DNA of 64,000 bases, taken from contig OZ245015.1 in assembly GCA_965223705.1 (NCBI GenBank), positions 3,136,001 to 3,200,000 of the forward strand, written 5' to 3'. Positions 8,488-17,771 of this stretch are shown piece by piece. The notes below the pieces were generated by a model. It was not told where the DNA came from, did no database searches, and was given only the letters and a program-made list of their open reading frames with translations. The DNA comes from Myxococcota bacterium. Lineage in GTDB: Bacteria > Myxococcota_A > UBA9160 > UBA6930. A program made the position numbers and the translations under genes. Every line of letters begins with the position of its first letter. Within the stretch, counting starts at the first letter, position 1.

Positions 8488-9758
8488 TGGCGTCGTCGCT
8501 TTTTGAGGAAAACGGCTGGACCGGAGGTCAGTACAGCCTCTATCGCGCCGCGTTGGGTGTGTATCTGGCGATCCACTTCGCGGCGCTCCTGCCCTACGGC
8601 ACGGAGCTCTTCTCCGATCGCGGGATGATCGAACACGCGACATCGAGTCCGTTCTTTCCGTGGTTTCCGAACCTTTGGTTTGCCTTCGATGCGCCCGGCG
8701 CCGTCTTCGCTCTGCTACTCCTCGCATGCGGGGCGAGCGTGTTACTCGCAGCGGGTTTCCGCGATCGCGTGGCCGCGCTCTTCGTCTGGTACGTCCTGGC
8801 CTGCACGTTCACGCGCAACCCCCTGATTTCGAATCCGAGCCTTCCGTTCATCGGGTGGCTGCTGCTGGCCCATAGTGCGCTGGCAGCACGCCCCTACGGC
8901 GCGTGGGACACGCGCGGGCGGGACGACCCCCGCGGCGATTTCAATCGGCCGCCAACGGCGTTCGCGGCGACCTGGGTCGTCATGGCGGCAGGCTATAGCT
9001 ACAGCGGGATCACGAAGCTGGTGAGCCCGTCGTGGATCGACGGCTCCGCCGTCAGCTACGTGTTGAGCAATCCCTTGGCGCGACCGACAGCCTTGCGATC
9101 GTGGTTGCTCGAGCTTCCGGATGTCCTGCTCCGCCTCGCCACCTGGGGAGCACTCTTCGCCGAACTCCTCTTCCTGCCGCTGGCCCTCTTTGCGAGGACT
9201 CGCCCGATCATCTGGCTCGCCCTGTTGTCGATGCATCTAGGCCTCGCGCTCGTCATCGATTTCTTCGAGCTCTCGGTGGGCATGATGATCCTGCATCTCG
9301 CGACGTTCGACCCGCGCTGGCTCGCACCGCGGAGCGACGGACCGATGCGCCTGTTCTACGACGGCGATTGCGGGCTCTGTCACCGCGCCGTCCGCTTCGT
9401 GCTTTCCGAAGACCCGACGGGTCGGCAGTTCGTGTTCACATCCCTCGCGAGTCCGCTAGGTCAGCGTCTTCGGGACGGGTACGGGCCGGAGCCGTTGCCC
9501 GACAGCCTGATTCTCGAGAGCCAGGACGGGGAGCTGCAGTTCCGATCGAGCGCCGTCCTCGCCACGCTCGATCGACTGGGCGGACTGTGGCGCGTGGTCG
9601 GCTGGTGCTTCGCACCCATTCCCCGGGGCGTCCTCGATTTTCTCTACGACCGGATCGCCGAGACCCGCAAGCGGATCTTCCGCGAACCGTCCGACGCCTG
9701 TCCGGTGATCTCTCCCGAGCTCAGGCGACGTTTCGACGAAGGTGGCGAGCGGGGGTAA
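8487..9758 (+). CDS. HTTM-domain membrane protein fused to a C-terminal DCC1-like thiol-disulfide oxidoreductase
   Basis: Multi-TM region with YSGITKLVSPSWIDG and MHLG (HTTM-like); C-terminal FYDGDCGLC, S.AVL, RGVLDFLYDRIAETR..IF (DCC1/DUF393). Confidence 0.82.
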   Translation: MASSLFEENGWTGGQYSLYRAALGVYLAIHFAALLPYGTELFSDRGMIEHATSSPFFPWFPNLWFAFDAPGAVFALLLLACGASVLLAAGFRDRVAALFVWYVLACTFTRNPLISNPSLPFIGWLLLAHSALAARPYGAWDTRGRDDPRGDFNRPPTAFAATWVVMAAGYSYSGITKLVSPSWIDGSAVSYVLSNPLARPTALRSWLLELPDVLLRLATWGALFAELLFLPLALFARTRPIIWLALLSMHLGLALVIDFFELSVGMMILHLATFDPRWLAPRSDGPMRLFYDGDCGLCHRAVRFVLSEDPTGRQFVFTSLASPLGQRLRDGYGPEPLPDSLILESQDGELQFRSSAVLATLDRLGGLWRVVGWCFAPIPRGVLDFLYDRIAETRKRIFREPSDACPVISPELRRRFDEGGERG

Positions 9759-9808
9759 TCCTTCGACGGTCGTGAGGCGTATCCTTCCGTAGGGGAAGTG
9801 GAGGAACC

Positions 9809-10234
9809 ATGAAGAAGCCGACGCGCTCCGGAACCCTCGGTGTGCTCTCTGGCTACCTCATGGCCGTGCTCGCCATGGCCTGCGCACCGTCCGCGGCACC
9901 CGTCGGTACGGGTTCGTACGATCGCGCTGTGCCCATCGGGAAGTCTCCGTTCCCACGACCGGGCACGTTCAGCTACAGCTACACCGACGTGCGCCACAAA
10001 GACGACGGCTCGATCCTCGTCGACTTCGCGGTGACGAACGGCACCCACCGCGACTATTCCATGGTGGTCGCACGGGTCGGTCTTCGCGCCGCCGGCGCGA
10101 AGGGCATCAGCCAACGGGTCGCGGTCGGACCGATCCGCAAGGGCGACAACCGCCGGGCCGTCGCCCGCTTCAGCCCGATCGATTTCGAAATCGACGACGT
10201 CGAAATCGAGATCGTCGAAGCCACGAGTTGGTGA
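9809..10234 (+). CDS. Hypothetical lipoprotein
   Basis: GGAGG SD, basic N-terminus, hydrophobic stretch, lipobox-like AMAC; beta-rich body. Confidence 0.65.
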   Translation: MKKPTRSGTLGVLSGYLMAVLAMACAPSAAPVGTGSYDRAVPIGKSPFPRPGTFSYSYTDVRHKDDGSILVDFAVTNGTHRDYSMVVARVGLRAAGAKGISQRVAVGPIRKGDNRRAVARFSPIDFEIDDVEIEIVEATSW

Positions 10235-10248
10235 TGCGGATCGAGTCT

Positions 10249-11295
10249 CTAGAAGCGATCGGCAAAGCCGCGAAAGGGCGTCGGTAACGCGCGAACCTGC
10301 GCGATGACCTCGGGCGTGAGCGACGGATCGGCATCGGGAGCCTGGGTCGGCATCAGCTGGTCGATGCGGCCGGAGAACCGCTCCCCCAGCGCCTTCGCGA
10401 GCTGATCATGGGTGGCAGTCACGGTAAAAAGGTCCAGCACGTCGTCGCTGACTTCCGCCGCCATGTCATCCCACGCACCGCGCTTCGACAACGCGTGGAG
10501 CTTCGCGCCCAGGTCGAGCAGATCGTGGATTTCGAGGACAGGCCAGTACGTCCTTGTCGATCCGTAGAACGCCACGCGGATGCGGGCGAATTCGCGGATT
10601 CTCGCGATGGTTTCTTCGTCCGGTCCGGTCGCGACAAAGCCACCGCCCGTGACGTGAAAGTGTTCGCGGGCTTGGCCGCCGTTTCTCCGTCCCGCGTCGA
10701 GCTCGGGGATCACGACTTCGTCGAGATAGCGCGTCGTGCAAAACGGATGGAGCTGGACGCCGTCGGCGACTTCGCCCGCCAAGCGCAGCATGCCCGGGCC
10801 CACCGCCGCGAGGGTGATCGGCACCATCGGAAGTCGCGTGGGCGGGGGCGAGAAATTCGGTGTCATCAGCGTGAAGCGATAGTGCTCGCCCTCGAACGCC
10901 AACGGCTCACCCGACTCCCAACACCGCCAAATCGCTCGAAGCGATTCGGCGTATTCACGAAGCCTCGGGGCCGGCGGACTCCACGGTACGGAGAAGCGAC
11001 GTTCGTTGTGGCCTTTGACTTGTGGCCCCAGGCCCAGCACGAATCGTCCCCGCGACGCTTCTTGGAGATCGAACGCCGTGTTGGCCACCGCCATCGGACT
11101 GCGCGCGAAAGCGATGGCGATGCCGGTCCAGAGCTCGAGGGTGTCGGTATGTTCCGCCGCGATCGCGAGCGGCAAGAAGGGCTCGTGAGTGTTCTCCATC
11201 GTCACGAAGCCCGTGACCCCTTTTGTTTCCGCACGTCGCGCCGCGGCACCGACATCTCGAAGAGAGTGGCCGTACCAGCGCTCGAGAAGCTGCAT
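10249..11295 (-). CDS. Luciferase-like monooxygenase (LLM) family, probable F420-dependent oxidoreductase (TIGR03617-like)
   Basis: HEPFLPLA, GIAIAFARSP, GRFVLGLGPQVKGHNERRF, GEVADGVQLHPF, FYGSTRTY. Confidence 0.85.
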   Translation of the reverse strand: MQLLERWYGHSLRDVGAAARRAETKGVTGFVTMENTHEPFLPLAIAAEHTDTLELWTGIAIAFARSPMAVANTAFDLQEASRGRFVLGLGPQVKGHNERRFSVPWSPPAPRLREYAESLRAIWRCWESGEPLAFEGEHYRFTLMTPNFSPPPTRLPMVPITLAAVGPGMLRLAGEVADGVQLHPFCTTRYLDEVVIPELDAGRRNGGQAREHFHVTGGGFVATGPDEETIARIREFARIRVAFYGSTRTYWPVLEIHDLLDLGAKLHALSKRGAWDDMAAEVSDDVLDLFTVTATHDQLAKALGERFSGRIDQLMPTQAPDADPSLTPEVIAQVRALPTPFRGFADRF

Positions 11296-11413
11296 CGCTT
11301 ACCTTCGTATGGAGTGGGAGAGGGTCGCCGGAGCGCCAAGTGGGCTCACCGCGCTGGTGTCCGGCGCCGGCTTCATGCTCGAGTCGGGATTCGAGGCGTG
11401 GATCGAATGGAAT

Positions 11414-11449
11414 CGGCGGGGCGGGTCAGAGCCCGCCCCTCTCCGCCGG
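11414..11449 (-). terminator. GC-rich hairpin immediately after the RRM gene
   Basis: GGGCGGG-TCAGAG-CCCGCCC stem flanked by CGGCGG/CCGCCG; no clear U-tract. Confidence 0.45.
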
Positions 11450-11451
11450 TT

Positions 11452-11742
11452 CTAGTAGCGCGGTCCTCTTCGCGGACCGCCACCGCCGCCGCCGCGGCGC
11501 TCTTGCGCTTCGTTCACGCGAACGGTTCGCCCACCGAGATCCGTACCGTCGAGCGCGCGAATCGCGGACTCCGCTTCGCTCTCTTCTCCCATTTCGACGA
11601 AGCCAAAGCCGCGCGGGCGACCCGTCTCGCGATCCGAGATCAAGTTCACCGACGCGACGGTTCCGTGCGCTTCGAAGACGGTGCGAAGTTCGTCTTCGCT
11701 CGTACTAAAAGGGAGATTGCCAACGTAAAGCTTCTTGCCCAA
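11452..11742 (-). CDS. RRM (RNP-1) RNA-binding protein
   Basis: KLYVGNL (RNP2), RGFGFVEM (RNP1), Gly/Arg-rich tail; TTG start after GAGG. Confidence 0.95.
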   Translation of the reverse strand: MGKKLYVGNLPFSTSEDELRTVFEAHGTVASVNLISDRETGRPRGFGFVEMGEESEAESAIRALDGTDLGGRTVRVNEAQERRGGGGGGPRRGPRY

Positions 11743-11940
11743 TGCATGTTCCTCGCCGCGTGTTCTTCATGTCTCAATCGGGGACGAACCCGCGGCAGCC
11801 AAGCCGCACACTCCGGCCTTTCCGGTGTGATGCAGCAGGCGTAGTCTACGTCTCCGGACGTTATGCGGCACATCGAAGAATGACAATCCCCGAAGGGCCA
11901 GCTCCGTGCCGATCCGAAACACTGTTTTGAGGAGAAGACC

Positions 11941-12729
11941 ATGGCCGACCGAGCCGGTCGTCTGTTGGGACGCACCGCGTTAATTACCGGAGCGAGTCGG
12001 GGGATCGGCAAAGCCGTCGCCCTGGCCTATGCCGCCGAGGGAGCAGACCTGTTCTTGACGGCCACCCGCGAGAGCAATCTCGCCGAGGTCGCCGACGAGG
12101 CCGGCGCTCTCGGCGCCCGAGTAGAGCGTTTCGGCCTGGATGTGGCTGATCGTGCGGCGGTGGAACGCATGGTCGGAGCGGCCTTCGACGCTTTTTCCAC
12201 CGTGGACCTCCTCGTCAACAATGCCGGGGTCTACAAGCCGGCTCGGTTCATCGACTACACACCCGAGCAATTCGATCGCATCCTGCAGGTCAACCTGTAC
12301 GGCGCCTTCCACGTTCTCCAGCTCGTCGTCCGCCGCATGCTGACCCAGGGCGCGGGCACTGTGGTCAACGTGGCATCCACGGCCGGCAAGTGGGGATCGA
12401 TGAACCAGAGTGCGTACAACGCATCGAAGCACGGGCTGGTCGGGTTGACGCGCTGCGTGGCACTCGAAACGGCTGCCGCTGGTTTGCGGATCAACGCGGT
12501 CTGCCCGGGGTTCGTCGAGACCGATCTCATGGAAGAGCTTCAGACTCACGCGGACATCGTCGGCGTTCCGGTGGATCAGTTTCGCGAGCTGGCGACCGCC
12601 CGCGTTCCGATGCGCCGCTTCATCGAACCCGAGGAAGTCGCGCGGGTGGCGCTCTTTCTCGGCTCCGACGATTCGGCGGGAATGACCGGACAGTCGGTGC
12701 TCCTCGACGGCGGGATGGTCCTCGTATGA
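11941..12729 (+). CDS. SDR family oxidoreductase
   Basis: TGASRGIG, NNAG, YNASK, CPG. Confidence 0.93.
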   Translation: MADRAGRLLGRTALITGASRGIGKAVALAYAAEGADLFLTATRESNLAEVADEAGALGARVERFGLDVADRAAVERMVGAAFDAFSTVDLLVNNAGVYKPARFIDYTPEQFDRILQVNLYGAFHVLQLVVRRMLTQGAGTVVNVASTAGKWGSMNQSAYNASKHGLVGLTRCVALETAAAGLRINAVCPGFVETDLMEELQTHADIVGVPVDQFRELATARVPMRRFIEPEEVARVALFLGSDDSAGMTGQSVLLDGGMVLV

Positions 12730-15700
12730 CCTCGGAGGAACGCCGTACGGTCCTCGTCGCAAACCGCGGTGAAGTGGCGATCCGCGTCATGCGCACCGCG
12801 CGAGAAATGGGCTTCCAGACGGCCGCCGTCTACGCGCAAGACGACGCGACCGCCCTTCACGTGCGCTGTGCAGACCGCGCCGAAGCCCTCCCCGGGCGCG
12901 GCGCGGCCGCGTACCTCGACGGAGAAGCGGTTCTCGCGGCCGCGAGTGCAGCAAGCTGCTCACTCCTGCACCCGGGCTACGGCTTCTTGTCGGAAAACGC
13001 GGCCTTCGCCGAGCGGTGCGATTCGAGCGGCGTGCGTTGGGTCGGACCGACGCCGGACAACCTGGCACTGTTCGGCGACAAGGCCCGTGCCCGAGCGCTC
13101 GCGCGCGAGCTCGCGTTGCCCGTGGCAACGGGTACCGAAGGCGCCACGGACCTCGCGGGCGCGACAGAGCTCTTCGACCGGGTCGGTGCCGTCGTGTTGA
13201 AAGCGATGGCGGGGGGCGGCGGCCGCGGGATCCGTGTGGTTTCCGACCGGGAAGACCTTGCTACCGCGTTTCGCAGCGCCGAGTCGGAAGCACTGGCGGC
13301 CTGTGGGGACGGAGCGCTCTACGCCGAGGGTTTCGTGCCGGAGGCGCGCCATGTGGAAGTGCAGGTCGCCGGCGACGGCGCGAACATCGCGGTCCTCGGC
13401 GAACGCGATTGCAGCGTCCAGCGCCGTCACCAAAAGATCATCGAGATGGCACCGTGTCCGTGGCTCGACGATCGTCTGCGCCGCGATTTATGGGAAGCGG
13501 CCGAGCGTTTGTGCGCGCGGGCGAACCTGCGATCGCTCGCCACCGTCGAGTTCCTGGTCGACCCGGCCGGCGCGTTCTTCTTCATCGAAGTCAACCCGCG
13601 ACTCCAAGTCGAACACACGGTGACCGAAGAAGTGACCGGCCTCGACCTCGTCCGCCTCCAGTTCGAACTGGCCGACGGCGCGTCGGTCGAACGGCTGGGA
13701 AACGATCCGTTGTCATCGGGAAAAGTCGCGTTGCAGGCCCGAGTGAACACCGAGCGGATGGACGCGTCCGGTGGGGTTCAACCGACGGGTGGAATCCTGG
13801 GCGCCTTCGGAGCGCCGTCCGGGCCGGGGATTCGAGTCGACGGCTACGGCTATGCGGGCTACGCGACGAACCCCGCGTTCGATTCGCTCCTCGCCAAGGT
13901 CATTGCGACGGGTGACAGCCTCGAAACCGCGGCCGATCGGCTGTACCACGCGCTGTGTGAGTTTCGGATCGACGGTGTCGAAACGAACCTCGATTACCTG
14001 CGCAACGTGCTCCGCCATCCGACCTTTCGTTCGGGACGCGCACACACGGGCTTCCTCGCGGAAAACGCGGCTGCGCTGTGCGCTCCGGGCGACCATCCGG
14101 CGCGCTACTTCCGAGATGTCGCACCGGAACCGGTCTCCGCCGGGCGCGCCGGCGCCCGCGTCGACAGTGATGACCCGCTCGCCGTGCTCGCGCACGGCCA
14201 GGTGCGACCCCGGTCGGCGACGCTTCCGGTCGCGGAGGCATCGGACGACGCGGAGGTACTGCGCGCGCCGATGCAGGGGACGATCGTCAGCATCGACGTC
14301 GCGGTCGGAGACCGCGTCGCGCGCGGACAAGCGGTCCTCGTGATGGAGGCGATGAAGATGGAGCACCTGATCGAAGCGACGGCTTCGGGTCAAGTGCTCG
14401 ACGTCGCCGTCGCGCCCGGTGACACCGTGTACGAAGGCCATCCCCTCCTCCGGCTCGAAGAAATGGCGGACCTCGGCGAAGTTCGAACAGCGGAAGAACA
14501 GGTCGACCTCGAGCACGTGCGACCGGACTTGGCCGAAGTCTTCGTGCGGCACGAAAAGGGTCTCGACCCGGCGCGCCCCGATGCCGTCGCCAGACGGCGG
14601 AAGACGGGTCAGCGGACCGCGCGGGAAAACCTCGCGGATCTCTGCGATGACGGGTCGTTCATCGAATACGGATCCCTGATGATCGCCGCGCAGCGGCGAC
14701 GTCGCAGCGTCGAGGAACTCATCGAGCGCACCCCCGCGGACGGACTGATCGGAGGCGTCGGATGCATCAACCGCGAGTTGTTCGGTGAAGAGGCCTCGCG
14801 CTGTGTCGTGATGTCCTACGACTACACCGTCTTGGCGGGCACCCAGGGATGGCAGAACCATCGCAAGAAAGATCGCCTCTTCGAGCTCGCCGAGCAGTGG
14901 CGCGCGCCGCTCGTCCTCTTTACCGAGGGGGGCGGCGGTCGCCCCGGCGACACCGATGGTTTGAGCCTCGCGGGCCTCGACTGCCTGGCGTTCCAGTACT
15001 TCGCCAGGCTTTCGGGCTTGGCGCCGCTCGTCGCCATCAATTCCGGGCGCTGTTTTGCCGGGAACGCGGCGTTGCTCGGCTGCTGTGACGTCGTCATCGC
15101 CACGGAAAATTCGAGCATCGGCATGGGTGGGCCCGCGATGATCGAAGGCGGCGGTCTCGGCGTCTTCCATCCCGACGAAGTCGGGCCGATGAGCGTCCAG
15201 GCGCGCAACGGCGTCGTCGACATCCTCGTTGCGGACGAAGCGGAAGCCGTGGCCGCCGCGAAGCGGTACTTGGCCTTCTTCCAGGGCCCCCTGCCCTCGT
15301 GGGACTGCGCGGATCAACGCCACCTGCGCAACGCGATTCCGGAGAATCGCTTGCGCGTCTACGACGTGCGCGAGGTGATTCGCCTGCTCGCCGATACCGA
15401 TTCTGTTCTCGAGCTCCGCCGGGGGTTTGGTGCGGGAATGATCACGAGCCTCGCGCGCATCGAAGGACGCGCCGTGGGCATCATCGCGAACAACCCGGGG
15501 CACCTGGCCGGGGCCATCGACAGCGACGGCGCGGACAAGGCCGCTCGCTTCATGCAGCTCTGCGATGCCTTCGACATCCCCCTCGTCTTCCTGTGCGACA
15601 CCCCCGGGATGATGGTCGGACCGGAGATCGAGAAGACCGCCCTCGTCCGGCACTGCAGTCGGCTGTTCGTGACCGGTGCCAACCTGACCGTCCCTTTCTT

Positions 15701-16073
15701 TACGCTGATCTTGCGAAAGGGCTACGGGCTCGGTGCCCAGGCGATGGCCGGCGGCAGTTTCAAGGCGCCGGGCTTCACCGTGGCGTGGCCAACGGGTGAA
15801 TTCGGGGGCATGGGGCTCGAGGGTGCGGTGAAACTGGGATACCGAAAGGAGCTCCTCGAGAAGACGGACCCCGAGGAGCGAAAAGCGCTCTTCGACGAGA
15901 TGGTGGCCCGGATGTACGAACACGGAAAAGCCCTAAGTATGGCCACCGCCTTTGAAATCGACGACGTGATCGATCCCGCGGAGTCCCGGCGCTGGATCAC
16001 CACGGGCCTGCAAGTGGCGCCCCCGGCGGGTCCCCGAGAGTCCAAGAAGCGGCCCTGTATCGACACCTGGTAA
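12726..16073 (+). CDS. Single-chain biotin-dependent acyl-CoA carboxylase (BC-BCCP-CT fusion)
   Basis: VANRGEVA, HPGYGFLSEN, RDCSVQRRHQK, EVNPRLQVEH; EAMKM biotin site; CT domain with GGGRPGD; ATGA overlap at 12726. Confidence 0.93.
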   Translation: MTSEERRTVLVANRGEVAIRVMRTAREMGFQTAAVYAQDDATALHVRCADRAEALPGRGAAAYLDGEAVLAAASAASCSLLHPGYGFLSENAAFAERCDSSGVRWVGPTPDNLALFGDKARARALARELALPVATGTEGATDLAGATELFDRVGAVVLKAMAGGGGRGIRVVSDREDLATAFRSAESEALAACGDGALYAEGFVPEARHVEVQVAGDGANIAVLGERDCSVQRRHQKIIEMAPCPWLDDRLRRDLWEAAERLCARANLRSLATVEFLVDPAGAFFFIEVNPRLQVEHTVTEEVTGLDLVRLQFELADGASVERLGNDPLSSGKVALQARVNTERMDASGGVQPTGGILGAFGAPSGPGIRVDGYGYAGYATNPAFDSLLAKVIATGDSLETAADRLYHALCEFRIDGVETNLDYLRNVLRHPTFRSGRAHTGFLAENAAALCAPGDHPARYFRDVAPEPVSAGRAGARVDSDDPLAVLAHGQVRPRSATLPVAEASDDAEVLRAPMQGTIVSIDVAVGDRVARGQAVLVMEAMKMEHLIEATASGQVLDVAVAPGDTVYEGHPLLRLEEMADLGEVRTAEEQVDLEHVRPDLAEVFVRHEKGLDPARPDAVARRRKTGQRTARENLADLCDDGSFIEYGSLMIAAQRRRRSVEELIERTPADGLIGGVGCINRELFGEEASRCVVMSYDYTVLAGTQGWQNHRKKDRLFELAEQWRAPLVLFTEGGGGRPGDTDGLSLAGLDCLAFQYFARLSGLAPLVAINSGRCFAGNAALLGCCDVVIATENSSIGMGGPAMIEGGGLGVFHPDEVGPMSVQARNGVVDILVADEAEAVAAAKRYLAFFQGPLPSWDCADQRHLRNAIPENRLRVYDVREVIRLLADTDSVLELRRGFGAGMITSLARIEGRAVGIIANNPGHLAGAIDSDGADKAARFMQLCDAFDIPLVFLCDTPGMMVGPEIEKTALVRHCSRLFVTGANLTVPFFTLILRKGYGLGAQAMAGGSFKAPGFTVAWPTGEFGGMGLEGAVKLGYRKELLEKTDPEERKALFDEMVARMYEHGKALSMATAFEIDDVIDPAESRRWITTGLQVAPPAGPRESKKRPCIDTW

Positions 16074-16095
16074 CCTCCCGCCAGGAGGTTCCCTA

Positions 16096-16491
16096 ATGTC
16101 GACAAACGTCAAGCGCATCATTCCCGCCTCGATGAAGGCTTACTACGAGTCCTACCACTTTGCCCCGGCGGTCATCGATGGAGACCACCTCCGCTGCTCG
16201 GGTGTGATCGGCACCGGAGCCGATGGCAAGTGCTCGAGCGATCCCGAAACCCAGTTCACCCAGGCGTTTGAGAGCCTTGGAGCGGTCCTCGCCGAAGCGG
16301 GCGTCGACGCGTCGGCCATTACGGAAATGACCACGTTCCATGTGGGGCTCCAAGAGCACATGGCGGCCTTCATGAAGGTGAAGGACCGCTTCATCGCGGA
16401 TCCCTACCCCGCGTGGACAGCGATCGGCATCACGGAACTCGCGATCCCCGGCGGGCTCGTCGAAATCCGTGTCACAGCGCGAATGAACTGA
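16096..16491 (+). CDS. RidA/YjgF family protein
   Basis: FAPAV, SGVIG, PYPAWTAIGITEL..LVEI (lacks the catalytic Arg of canonical RidA). Confidence 0.85.
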   Translation: MSTNVKRIIPASMKAYYESYHFAPAVIDGDHLRCSGVIGTGADGKCSSDPETQFTQAFESLGAVLAEAGVDASAITEMTTFHVGLQEHMAAFMKVKDRFIADPYPAWTAIGITELAIPGGLVEIRVTARMN

Positions 16492-16502
16492 CGGAGATTT
16501 CC

Positions 16503-16961
16503 ATGAATATTCCCAACGCGAACGACGACGTAACCGAGGACCTGTTGGTCCAATCGAAGGATCTGCCCTGGTCGACCATGGGCGAAGGAGTCTCGATCAA
16601 GATTCTGCGGGTCAGCGAGGAGACCGGGTTCTGGAGTTCCATGATTCGCATGGAGCCCGGCTCGCAGTTTGCGCCCCACAAGCACTTGGGTGCCGCGGAA
16701 TTCTACGTGCTGAAGGGCGCCCTCGATTATCGCGGGGGTCGCGCCTCCGAAGGTTGCTACGGCTACGAACCTTTGGGGGCCGTGCACGAAGCCACCACCT
16801 GCGATGTCGAAACGATCATCACGTTCAACTCCTACGGACCGGTGGTGTTCTACGACGAGAACGGATCTGTCGTGCAGATCTTGAGCTACGAGACCGCGCG
16901 AGATCTCGCGGCCGGAGCCGCCTCGTCACTCACCGTTGAAAAGGAAAAGCCCGCCGCTTAG
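16503..16961 (+). CDS. ChrR-like cupin (2,4'-dihydroxyacetophenone dioxygenase family)
   Basis: PHKHLG..EFYVLKG, YEPLGAVH, GPVVFYD; ATG after GGAG. Confidence 0.8.
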   Translation: MNIPNANDDVTEDLLVQSKDLPWSTMGEGVSIKILRVSEETGFWSSMIRMEPGSQFAPHKHLGAAEFYVLKGALDYRGGRASEGCYGYEPLGAVHEATTCDVETIITFNSYGPVVFYDENGSVVQILSYETARDLAAGAASSLTVEKEKPAA

Positions 16962-16979
16962 GTGGGGATGGAGGACCCT

Positions 16980-17771
16980 TTGAAAAGCACGCTTTGTCTG
17001 TTGGTTGCGTCCGCGCTCGCGGTAGGTACCTGGGCCGGCGCGGAAACCCCGGAGGAGAAGGGGCTCGCCATCATCGTCGAGGCCGACAAGCGAGACCTCG
17101 GCTGGGGCGACAGCGAATCCACCATGCGGATGGTGCTGCGCAACAAACAGGGGCAGGAAAGCACGCGACAGTTGCGCCAAGCGGCGCTCGAAGTTCCCGA
17201 GAAAGGCTTCGGGGATCGCGGTCTCACGATTTTCGATTCCCCGAAAGACGTGGAAGGCACGGCGTTGTTGTCCCACACCAAGGTGCTCGAGCCGGACGAC
17301 CAATGGTTGTTTCTGCCGGCGCTGAAACGCGTCAAGCGCATCTCTTCCAAAAACAAGTCCGGGCCGTTCGTCGGGAGCGAGTTCGCGTACGAAGATCTCC
17401 TCTCTCAGGAAGTCGAGAAGTACACGTACAAGTGGCTCCGCGATGAAGCGTGCGGGGATCTCCAGTGTTTCGTCGTCGAGGCCTACCCCGAGTACGAGAA
17501 TTCCGGCTACACGCGGCAGATCGTGTGGATCGACCAGACCGAGTACCGGGTGCAGCAGATCGATTTCTACGACCGCAAGGACTCGCGGCTGAAGACGCTG
17601 ACGTACCACGGGTACAATGAATATCTCGGTCAGTACTGGCGGCCTTCCGAACTTCGCATGGTCAACCACCAAACCGGCAAGAGCACCGATCTGTTCTTTG
17701 ACGACTGGAAGTTCCAGACGGGCCAGCAAGAAGCGAAGTTCACGCCGGCAAGGCTCAAGCGAGCCCGTTGA
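16980..17771 (+). CDS. Outer-membrane lipoprotein-sorting (LolA-like) periplasmic protein
   Basis: Signal peptide; FDSPKDVEGTALL, DDQWLFLPALKRVKRI, GSEFAYEDL. Confidence 0.88.
   Translation: MKSTLCLLVASALAVGTWAGAETPEEKGLAIIVEADKRDLGWGDSESTMRMVLRNKQGQESTRQLRQAALEVPEKGFGDRGLTIFDSPKDVEGTALLSHTKVLEPDDQWLFLPALKRVKRISSKNKSGPFVGSEFAYEDLLSQEVEKYTYKWLRDEACGDLQCFVVEAYPEYENSGYTRQIVWIDQTEYRVQQIDFYDRKDSRLKTLTYHGYNEYLGQYWRPSELRMVNHQTGKSTDLFFDDWKFQTGQQEAKFTPARLKRAR

Noticed and set aside
12390..12725. Long N-terminal extensions given by the ORF track (also at 25496, 39873, 42827, 57058, 58926, 60424)
   Set aside because: They overlap neighbouring genes; downstream starts with SD or stop/start overlaps match family N-termini
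13713..15923. 736-aa antisense ORF, and similar long shadow ORFs (1510-2904, 36304-38733, 22329-23933, 52629-54098)
   Set aside because: They lie opposite or out of frame to well-supported genes, have no recognisable motifs, and are expected from high-GC codon bias
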